DNA of 60,459 nt, filler included, from Hausera hauseri (lineage: Eukaryota): the NCBI GenBank assembly GCA_046269625.1. It is 11 parts of 11 records of this genome, joined end to end, with 100 filler letters (N's around TTAATTAATTAA, not from the genome) between each part and the next. Parts side by side here need not be neighbours in the genome. Positions count along the whole stretch, not along the records: positions 25,298 to 30,451 come from JBJURY010320494.1; positions 30,552 to 34,907 come from JBJURY010620109.1; positions 35,008 to 40,980 come from JBJURY010159644.1; 8 more parts are not named here. One strand, 5' to 3'. Position 1 is the stretch's first letter; each line of letters opens with the position of its first letter. The notes under the pieces were generated by a model. It ran no database searches. It was not told where the DNA came from and worked only from the letters and a program-made list of their open reading frames with translations. Made by a program: the position numbers and the translations under genes. Positions 25,327-35,865 of this stretch are shown piece after piece.

Positions 25327-27200
25327 TTGGTACAGATAATACACCAAGCTTACGAATCATCTCGCAAAGAGAGAACAAGAGCATTGTGTCATATAACCAC
25401 CACCGAAGAACGACACAACCTTCATACGAAACCGCAAACAACAACTATCGAAAACAAAATATTTACGAAGAATAGATTGCCCAATATAACAACAAATCAA
25501 GGCTTTAGATCATTATTGCTGATAACTACTATATCCCATCTTGCCGTCATAATTATATTAATGTCAACAGTGACACCATGTATTAGAAGACACCGAAAGA
25601 TTAAAAAGCGCATCACATCTCGCCAAGTACAACTTCGGAATAGCCAAAGACCTCGTCGGATGATTGTACCATTGAATATATTAGTTTGCTATATACGCAA
25701 CTCATTAACAACGCTAACCTTCAGTCTTCGGAAAATAACTACGAACCTGTCTAATCCGGTATTACTAGATACATTTTCAAATTTTATGAAATTCCTAAAC
25801 AGAAATCCAAAAACAGAACCTTGGGATATCCAGGGAATTGCACCAGGAAATATTTTCATCCAATACAATCAGAAAAAGATGCCTACTTATAAAATCCTAT
25901 CCTCAACAGAATAAAACAAACAACAACAGACCTGTAAACGAAGATTGAGGAATTCTAGCACTCTATAGAAAATCACAGGCAACATATACATCTACATCCA
26001 CTCATAAAGAAAACTGTTGTAAAGTTGTCCCAGGATCTATTTATTCGGTACAAATACATACATCAAGAAGTAAGTATTTACTTTTGTCTAAAAACCAGAC
26101 AATTGAAATAATGATACTCACGGAACAGAAGACGGTTACACTATTTTTGACGGATAATTTACGCGAACAAAAGGAACGAACTAATATTGTGAGATTATTC
26201 TTAGAAGAAAGAATATTTATAGTTCAACCTGATTATAAGAAGCAATGCTTACCTGTTGAATGGGATAAAAAAACCAAATTGTAGAGTAATGCAAATAACC
26301 ACTCGATATGCCGATATATCCACCAGCAGTAATAATATTCACTATTCCATAGAACATAATCAATCAACTTGCATATTTGCACGGCTTGATCAGGAATATT
26401 CACTAATATTTGCTATCTTTTGCATAGTAAATGTTATATGGCAATGCTTGGTAACAGGAATCGAGCGAAAAGCACCAACAATCCCATGCACCCCCACTAT
26501 TGTAGATAATAAACGAATCAACGCAAAAGTATTCAATGAAAATGAAATTTTAGTGGTTGCGCCTCAAATCAGTAGAGCCCACTATGCCCTATCGTGCGCT
26601 GCGAAACGTTATAGCGAAGACGTTTATACCCTAGAGGTCAGCAGTCCACGACCTCCAATATCGTGTACAAAGGACGACAACCGACAAATACTCCTTACAT
26701 TACAGCAACAATCCTCATGTCCAAAAACTTTCTGGTTGAGCAGCTTCCGCTACTCTGTGCATAACCAAATCCCTTATCTAATAGCAGAATTGAGACAAAC
26801 TCCAAAACAAATCAAAGTGATTCCATTCAGACCATTGGACATTTACCTTCAAGTGAGATTTGACCGTGTAATGTTCAGCTTACTAAATCCCGATTTTATC
26901 GGCACATTGGAAAATGCTAACGACGCCTGTTTCCTAGTTACCAGTACTTACGTTGAATGTACACAATTAATATCAGGTTATCCCTACTTAGCCCATATAC
27001 AGTTACCTTATTATGATCCATTACGAAAACCAAAAACGTTCGCGTTGTTAGAAGTCACTACGCTCAAAAGGGGAATAAATTCATTGTTCAGATTCCCCAC
27101 ACTCAATGAAATAATGAAAAGAGGAAAATTTATTTTTAGAATATCTACCAATTCTCCTAAAGATAGTGATACCCTGAGCATCATATCACCGTCTGTTTAA
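25327..27200 (+). pseudogene. Decayed membrane-protein/polyprotein ORFs (25327-25914, 26084-26284, 26256-27200), env- or cargo-like
   Basis: TM segment LLLITTISHLAVIIILM followed by basic RRHRKIKKR. Internal signal-like YSLIFAIFCIVNVIWQCLVTG followed by a Cys-containing domain. Intronless and A/C-rich. Confidence 0.5.
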
Positions 27201-27218
27201 TCAATACTACAATTTCAA

Positions 27219-28212
27219 ATGGATTATAATTTATTTTTGCTAATCGTAATAGTAGTACCAATCAGCGTTATACTTATCATAGCAACAATCATTGCTGTAT
27301 ACGTATATATACATAAACACGTGAAAAGGAATATACTCCGTCATAGAGCAACACTTGACAGCAGACCATTCGAAATTCCTCTAACTAATTTAGAATATGA
27401 ATTTGAAATTTACGGTAATGAGAAATGGTTATCAATTATTAAAGAGGAGGAATATTACCCTTATGTCGAAACCCATGAGGAACAAATGCTACGAAAGGCG
27501 GAACGTTACATGTTAGGATATACTGATAAACCAGCTGACCCAATAGACTATACAACAGTAAGTAACGCTAGAACAACTCCATTAATGCTAGCAGTAGCAT
27601 CAGGAAACGAAGAAAGAGCTGGAGAAGCTATATCTCAATTAGGCGAAGAAGCAGCAGAAATGTTAAAATTCCAAGATACAAATGGCAATACCATCATTCA
27701 TTTAGCCATAATGAGCGAATGTCATGATTTCTTTATACTCATGCTCATTCAATCACAAGCACCCTTACATATACCCAACGTGGACGGAGATTTTTCCTTA
27801 CTGCTCGCCATACGCCATGATCGACATAACCTTGCAACCCTAATATTCGATTATGCCTGCGACAGCAAAGTATTTCAAGCTATTTTTTAACCTCAGCTAC
27901 GCAGTACACCACCGCATAATTCAATAGTATTTAAAAGATTCCTCTTACTGGAAACCTTCCTGAATAAAAAATTCCAGCAGCGGAACCTACCTATTCGACG
28001 TAAATTATGCGCATGGTACATATGAGGAGACACCTCTCATAACTGCGTTTTTGACTGGAACCAATGGCGCAGTCTTCATCCTGATGAGACGACCAGATAT
28101 CCACCCAGAAACCCACAATTATTGAAACTTAATAATCAATGACATCCTGATACGTGACCCAATGATTAGCTCTCTCGAGCGTGAACGCTTACTAGCCATC
28201 ATGCGTCGCTAG
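27219..28212 (+). pseudogene. N-terminal TM + ankyrin-repeat protein, frameshifted after 27890
   Basis: TM FLLIVIVVPISVILIIATIIAVYVYI. Ankyrin repeats TTPLMLAVASGN, QDTNGNTIIHLAI, NVDGDFSLLLAIR, and after the shift DVNYAHGTYEETPLITAF (~28000-28050). AATAAA at 28436. Confidence 0.8.
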
Positions 28213-29029
28213 ATTGTGGTGTAAACATTTTTAGACACTTCATCAGTGCTTTATCCGTGTGTATATTTTAGTGTGACTACTTAGTTCTGTATATTATCAA
28301 CATGTTACTTCTAATCACTAACGTTCCTTATCACATACAACTATTGACACTCTTTATCTTATAGCTATTGTATGTGACTCATGATTGATATAGTATTGCA
28401 TGTTATAGTTTATTTCAACTTATGTCATTAGCGTAAATAAACTTTTATTGTTATGTTTTGTATTAAGACTAAAAATGGAGCCCTATATTTATTTACAATT
28501 TTTTATGACGCACTGGCGTCCTACCTGAGTAGATCAGTTGTATTATACTAAAGTCCGTGAAACTCCAACTCTATCCCAGACAGGTGTATCTATAGCAAAC
28601 TGCAACTGACAGCACCAATTCGTTGTCACAAGTAACCCTTACAGATAAACCAAGAAAATTTGACATTATAGCCATTCATCTCGCCCGTTGCAAATTAACC
28701 GTCAACGTCAATTATAATGATCCTATATTCGACATTAATTACGAACTACTCGATAACTCCAGTGTAATTATTACTATTCCCCTGTGGACTTATTGTCTTT
28801 TACAATTTCCTCTTTAAACAACTGTATATATACTGTGGAAGTAATCCAACCAGAACTTATATACACCCACAATGAGGAATATGATCCGCCAATACATATA
28901 TCCAAACCGTTCTCATCAATAAATAAATATATTTCAGCACCAGAAGGATTGTCCCTATCAGATTTGGAACCCTATTCAACTTCGTATCCTATAATTACGC
29001 CACCACTCAACCCAATCCGACAACTACTA

Positions 29030-29517
29030 ACCAGACCATCATTGACATTGCTATACTAGATTATAAAGGCGAAATTTTATTCCAGAAACAAATTTACCCT
29101 AGACATGAAGTCATCGACTAGATAACACCTTTTACAGGCATAACAGACGATCCCACCCTAAATAAAATCGATAACGAAGACTTCCTACCCCTAACACAAT
29201 ATATACTGAATCATAAATTCATTATAACAACACAGATAGATCTACTTCTATGCTCATTGAAACTACCCACTACTCATACAAATCATTTCTTCGATCTTAA
29301 CCATCACCCTATCGCTGCAAACTTCTCGACAGACCCAGTACTCATAATTCGTCTAAGTGAACAATTATGGAACATCACCGCCATTCTTATGCATCCATCG
29401 TTGTTAATACAAGTTCACTTGCTTAGACAAATGAATAACTACCTGACAAACTCATTTTATATTGAAGACGCTGTTGATTGTATAGATCTTAATACCACTG
29501 AATTAAATCTCAATTAA
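29030..29517 (+). pseudogene. DEDDh 3'-5' exonuclease-like domain (REX4/ISG20-like)
   Basis: IDIAILDYKGEILFQKQIYPRHEVID*ITPFTGIT...FFDL...IRLSEQLWNI reads in one frame. Confidence 0.65.
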
Positions 29518-29532
29518 TTCTACTTATTTTCA

Positions 29533-29931
29533 GATCTCCTGCAATGTGTGGAATGCCGAGTAATCCTTGATGTTGTGTACCGACTTATACCATGTCTACA
29601 TATGCTATATATGTATTGCATATATCAAACCCGAGTCAAAGCAAATTCATTGCCATATTGGACAATTTGTAAATCCGAGATTAAATATTGCATCCAGCAC
29701 ATAGCTTATTCATCTCATGATGACCAATCCCTACTCGATGCTAAAACATTCAAAATCCTTAAACCTACTGATCATACCGCATATTACTACACCTGTGATG
29801 TGTCAACCCTTTCTCTATTACATATTTCCAGCTCCATACATGTTGTTTATGCAGTAAACCCAACAAAACAGCCTACCAGTTTTGCTGTTGTAACACCGAA
29901 TATTGCTCGCATTGTTACCACTGACACTTGA
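29533..29931 (+). pseudogene. C3HC4 RING-finger protein (degenerate)
   Basis: CVEC-RVILDVVYRLIP-CLH-ML(Y)MYC...(W)TIC-KSEI, preceded by acceptor-like TTATTTTCAG. Confidence 0.6.
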
Positions 29932-30345
29932 TTTGCAGCATATGCTACTTCTGTCCCCAATTTATATATTCCTACTTTCAACACCCTAGAAGAGTCCTCT
30001 TCACTGTTACTAACACGTCAATTCTTCAGTTACTTCCAACCAGATATTTTTGATTAGAGCAACAATCATCTGCCTGAATTAAATTCCCAATCCATCGCTT
30101 TAACCCGTCCACAATAGTTAGACCACCACCAATCGTACCCCAAGTACCTTACCCCATATAAACATCACGTCCCTATTACGTCAAACATCATCAATACCGC
30201 ATACTCGTTATCGCCTTCAACAAATCATCAGACCATTACCAGCATTACCAATGCCAACACCATTAATAACACCAACACCAACTATATCTCATAGTCCTAC
30301 ATTACCATTATCCTTACAACAAGATTAGTTCCCAGTTATAAATAA

Positions 30346-30451
30346 ATGTCCAACGACCTCATTTCCGACCTAGCCCCACCAGATCTTTGGGCGTCACTGC
30401 AAATCCTATTCTACGACCAACTACCAACATATGAATGTACTATATGCCTTA
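30346..30451 (+). CDS. Start of a second probable RING protein, cut by the contig end
   Basis: MSNDLISDLAPPDLWASLQILFYDQLPTYECTICL. Confidence 0.4.
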
Positions 30452-30770
30452 NNNNNNNNNNNNNNNNNNNNNNNNNNNNNNNNNNNNNNNNNNNNTTAAT
30501 TAATTAANNNNNNNNNNNNNNNNNNNNNNNNNNNNNNNNNNNNNNNNNNNNCCAAAAAGGATGAAAACAAGACTCATTTAATGAGTGAATGAGCTAATTG
30601 TTATACCAACTTTTATAATAAATTTCTAGTGCTTAATTCAGTCTTACAATCACCGAATGACGTTGATGTTGGAATGGTAGATACGCGATCTACTAACAAG
30701 GAACATACACTGAAGACGAATTATCTGGAATCCACATATGGTCGAGGTGATTAAACTTGTGTAGGTTTTG

Positions 30771-31237
30771 TTAAATAGCGATTACATCTTGAGCCATGTT
30801 TAACGCAGAATGTGTGCCCGGTGGTCGAAATTTATTTATACGGCAGACATCTGAATAGATGACCTGACCAAAGGTGACACGCAGTAGGTCAATAACTCCT
30901 AAGAGATTTTTAATTGAGATGGAGAAAAGTGACATAAATAATCGAACATTGAACGATACTAAGACTCTATTATATGTGTTGCACGCAAAATGTGTCGATA
31001 CACAATTTCAAAATCTGGGGCGGAATCAAGGTCATGAAGGATAATACCATGACGGTGTGACTCAGAATTGGTAATACGAACAAGGGGATTAATAAGAGTG
31101 TCATATCGGAGAAGAAGTAATTCAGAATTGAGTTCAAATAAAGTGACAGCTATACATACGGATACCGATCCAGACAAAGCAGTTGAATAGCCAATGAATA
31201 GAATGTCGTCATTGACAGGTAGTCGATTAATTCGCAT
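30771..31237 (-). pseudogene. DEDDh/DnaQ-like exonuclease downstream of gypsy pol
   Basis: YDTLINP..ITNSESHRHGI..DLDSAPDFEIVY, then SMFDYL, VIDLL and THSALNMAQD (ExoIII-like). One stop and one frameshift. Confidence 0.7.
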
Positions 31238-31694
31238 GTAGGAACGGTCGAGATAGGCGGAGGGGGGAGAGTTAATTAATTGAAATCCGGTAAGCTCCGT
31301 TTTTCATCACGGTGGGATTCCCAGTAACGAAGCCAAGGGCGGTCATTATGATATTCCAATTCGAGGTAGATAATAGTCGGCACAGAAATAATATCGATTT
31401 ATGGATATTGGTCCTTCCAGATTTCGGATGAAACGAACAGTGACCTTTGCCGAGGTATTACGATACTATTTGTAGGGTCATTTATACCATTTATGTAAAA
31501 TATTAAAGATTCTTCGGCGAGTTATAGCATAAAGGTGCTGAGATAATGAGGTAAATCCGGTTTGCGACTCACATTAGCAACAAAGGTTCGTAACAGTCTT
31601 TTTGTAATATGAGGGAAGCGATGGATTTTAATGAGACGATTTTAGATACTGTTGCCCTTGTACTTGTTGCGGAGGGCATAAATAGAAGGATGGA

Positions 31695-33750
31695 TTAAGG
31701 ATGGGCGTAAATGTCCTTTGGCAGCGATTGACTTTGTGTGTTTCGATTGAAAATATTCATAGAAGATAAATCTGTCAGTTGATAACACTGAATAGAGCAA
31801 TCAATAAAACGAATCTCGAAGTTATAAGTAACAGCATCGCCGAATGTTTCATAACGTTTGGGATTACACAATGCTTTAGACAGTTTATGATCTCGTTGAC
31901 ACTGATTTGAAGGAGAAAATTGAAAAATTGGTTGGGAGGTATCCATTACATCAGAACAGTTTGAATGTATCACTAAAAGGAAGGAAAAATTTAGAAAATC
32001 CGCCACAGCAATATGCCTAGCTGCTGCAGCTAAGAAAGGAAGTAGAAAATATGCCGCAGCAATGTTCCTAGCTGCGCAGCTATCTGTCGTTGTCATAAAA
32101 TATCTTCATATATAAGGGATTTTTAGAACGATTTTGGCGATTACGTATATATAGAATATTATTAATTACATCATAATCAGTCGAGTTTTCATACAGATTA
32201 GCAGAATCAACTTCCAAAGGTAGTGATCTACATTTTTGACCGAAAAGAACAAGGACAAATATCAAAATTGCTATAAAATCATTAGGTACAATAATGAAGC
32301 AAAACCGAAAAAGCCAGTTGGTGTGAGTAGATGTAGCAGTAAAGTTGAAAGCGTCAATGGAGTACTAGTATAGTATATTGTTTTATGAAGGGGTCTGAGG
32401 ACATTAAGTGTCTTAGGGGGAGTCTTTGGCCGTGAAGTAGCTAACTGGATTGTATGGTCCCATTTTCGATTCAATGTAGCCGAATAAATAGTGCAGACCA
32501 CTGGTCCAAAATAAGGACGTGAACAGACCTGTGTTCTAAAAATAGTATACAAAATGCACAAGGGTAAGGAATTATGGACACACCTCAAAATGTGCGGTGA
32601 AGTGGTATTGGCATGAAAAGCGATGTGTTTTTAAAATTGTAACCTGAACTTCATTCCATTGCTTTATAACTGTTTCTGTAGATACAGTAGAACTGTATTG
32701 TAATGTATAAGGGATTTTAGTACTTGTCAATTGTGGCAATATGGAAGTAGTGTTCCCAAAGTTCGATAGCAATGTAACATTTAATAGAACGAATTTGTTA
32801 AAACCTGGAAGATGAATATAAGATGAATAAAATCATTAACCTTCAAGAATATATTTCTCTGACTCATGAAAGTACGAATATGTGTATACATAATACCATT
32901 TTCAAGAGATTGAAATAGTTGTCCTTTTTCATCAAGGCCGGAGATTTTGATGGCTTTATGACATTGTCCAATTTGAATAAAGCAAACTAAATTTTCAGTA
33001 ATGATAAGCACCCATGGAATGAAATATGTTTCGCTTAATTTATCACTTTGAGTTGTAGATACCATTTCCCAAAGATAGTGTTTTCGTATATTCAGGGTTT
33101 CTGGTGGGGACATTAACCACGTAAATTTCAAATATCAAATTGTTGCATTAAGGTAGAACGACATTTGTAGCCAATTTGACATGTTACATTGAAAAAATGA
33201 ATACTGTTTATTTGTGGCATTGTTCTGTGACTCACCAACTATTTTACTCCTAATTTCATATCCTTTTTTTGTTGCCACGACCATTATTCCAAGTCGATTA
33301 TTTATTTCCTGCCAATAAATGAAATAAGGAATTTTAGAGTTGTCCTGGAATATCGGCACTTCAAATATTTCTGAATCAAAACTTTTAATTTGTGTACCAT
33401 TAGCCCATTCTTCAATTGTTTGCTGTAACGGGCAAATAAATGAAAATCGGTATACACACTGTCCATTAGGTGGTTCAACTTCATATACTGAAAATATTCC
33501 TCCAAAACGATCCTTTACTGAAAACAGCCGTATTACAAGTAGATTTTTTGCATGGGATATAAAGCTATAAAATCGTATATCTTTGTTTTGTGTGCTCCAA
33601 CCCCACTGAATACTGAAACCATTAGTTGTATTGAAAACACATACAAAGAAGTGCGATATATAAAGCTGTAAACTTGGGGTTTCCTTCTATATCAATTATC
33701 TTGGCATTATTATCTCCTGTATTTTCGAACGCAGTAGTTTTATTGAAAAT
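31695..33750 (-). pseudogene. Env-like / multi-signal membrane polyprotein immediately after gypsy integrase
   Basis: Reading continues past the IN stop into FTALYIALLCMCF, then an ectodomain with N-X-S/T sequons (NTT, NGT, NAT, NMS) and Cys. Further hydrophobic segments are FIPWVLIITENLVCFI and FCFIIVPNDFIAILIFVLVLFG. Confidence 0.55.
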
Positions 33751-34907
33751 TTAGTAGTCTTTTGAAGCTTTCTTGCACCGTTCAGCCGCTATTGCAACAA
33801 TTTCTTCACGTTTTCCAATCTTTTTATTGATAAAAATATTATTTTCTGTTACCCTCTCGACTTTATGAGGTTCTTTCCACGGACGAGCCAGTTTTGGGGA
33901 CTTACCTTTTTTGACAGCTGGTTCGAACAACATTATATAGTCTCCTTCCTTAATTGTATGAGGTCTAGATTGTTTGTCAAACTGATTTTTATATTGCTTT
34001 TGGTAATCTAAGGTTAATGACTGAGCTAGTGCCCAGGCTTTGGTCAATCGTTCTTTACGATATTGGACGTAGTTAGGCTCGTAGGACGTTAATGATTCAT
34101 CGGGAATCATTTCTAAATCTCGTGGCAATAATGGATCTCGTCCGTACATTAAGAAAAATGGTGGTTGTTGCGTAGCGGAATAAGGTGCCGTTCTTAGGGC
34201 GAACATACAAGTGGGAATATATAAATCCCAGTCATCTTGTCTGTCATTTGTAACTGTTGCCAACATTGATAGTAACGTACCGTTAAGTTTTTCGACCATA
34301 CCATCACAACATGGGTGATAAGCGGCTGTTTTAAGTTTGTACATAGAAAACATCCTGCATACTTCTGAAAACATGTTGTTAACAAATTCTGTACCTTGAT
34401 CTGTTAGTATTTTTCTTGGGGCTCCGTACCGAAATACGATTTCCTCTACAAACAATGCAGCTACCGAAAATGCCGAAAAAGCTTCAGGAAATCTAGTTAA
34501 ATAATCAACGAAAACCAAAATATATTGATTTCCACTCTGAGTTTTAGGAAGCGCACCAACGATGTCCATAACTGTAAATTCCATAGGACTTGCTGGAGGT
34601 TGGATTGGATGCAAGGGAGGTTTGCATTTATAGCTTCTATTTCTTTTGGTTGCACAAACAATACAACTATCACACCAATTTTAAATATATTTATGTAGTG
34701 TACGCCAATAGTGTTTTCGCTTTATTCTACCAAGGGTCTTTTTAAAGGCTATGTGCCCTGCAAGAATTTTATTGTGTTCCTGTTTCATTATTTCACTATG
34801 TCGACTTTGTGGTAATATTACCAATTGTCCATTATTATACCAATATCGTAATAATTCAGATGATATAGCATACTTTGCACCTTGACTTATTAGATGTTGT
34901 ATCAACT
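33751..34907 (-). mobile_element. Ty3/gypsy integrase (HHCC zinc finger, DDE core, GPY/F-like module)
   Basis: EHNKILAGH..KT, CIVCA, VMDIVG, VDYLTRF, LTDQGTEF, YHPCCDGMVEKLN, KLARPWKEPH. Confidence 0.95.
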
Positions 34908-35739
34908 NNNNNNNNNNNNNNNNNNNNNNNNNNNNNNNNNNNNNNNNNNNNTTAATTAATTAANNNNNNNNNNNNNNNNNNNNNNNNNNNNNNNNNNNNN
35001 NNNNNNNAAACTGGGCAAATCGGTACCCGTCCTCCGAAAAGTCCAGCAGCGCCGTTCCAAAAATGTTATTATTTGTGCATCGCTAAGCCATAAGTCAAAT
35101 ATAATTTAACTTACTTCGACAATGAAATAACTTCGTCACTTTGATTAGTAATTTCCAAATGAAAGCTATCATCTTTAAACCTACCGTCTAAAACTCTTTT
35201 ATAACAAATAATTAGCAACATTTCGATCTCGACTAAGGCTCGAGTAATGATCTTGCTTACCAGCATGTATTTTGCTAATCTCTATTACCATCACTTTTGA
35301 ATTGTTCTTAATGCCCTGAGTAACCAGAAAGAAGTCATCTTTTTTAGAATTTTTCTTAAATATAATCTGATAAGGACTGATCGATATTGAATATAATTGA
35401 AAATTTTTCTGTAATGAATGTCTAGTTTTCATTTGCACGTCATCAATATCAACGTTGGGAGTTTTCTTTTAATTTAGGCTAATGTACTTTAACAATATGA
35501 ATTGCTTTGGTTCTGTCCGAATTTTCAATAGATTTCATTCGCAATGAATTTAATTCACTACCTACTTCGGATAGACTAAATTTGATTATATGTGCAATTT
35601 GTTCAGCTAATAATGTCAACGATGTACCACGTTCGTTTTCAGTTGTATAAGGTGGGTCGCATAGTCGAATTTTGTTCTTTATTAAATAATTTTTTATCTT
35701 TAATTTCAAATAGTAATGTGCCATACACAAAATGAACTA

Positions 35740-35865
35740 TGTAGCGACAAGGCTCCCTGCACGAGGACAACGGGTCCCGGTTAAGGCACAGCAAAAACGG
35801 AAACACGAAATCAAATGTGCCCGACCAAAATGGGCCACGGAGCAACACAGCACGTTGGCACCACA
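35740..35865 (-). repeat. Candidate short 3' LTR of the CsRn1-like element
   Basis: On the minus strand, PPT GGGGGAAGTGA is followed by TGTGG...CTACA. Confidence 0.55.

Noticed and set aside
25298-34907. Treating the two exonuclease-bearing contigs as one convergent locus
   Set aside because: They are separated by an artificial linker, so order and orientation are arbitrary. Only their similar gene content is used as evidence.
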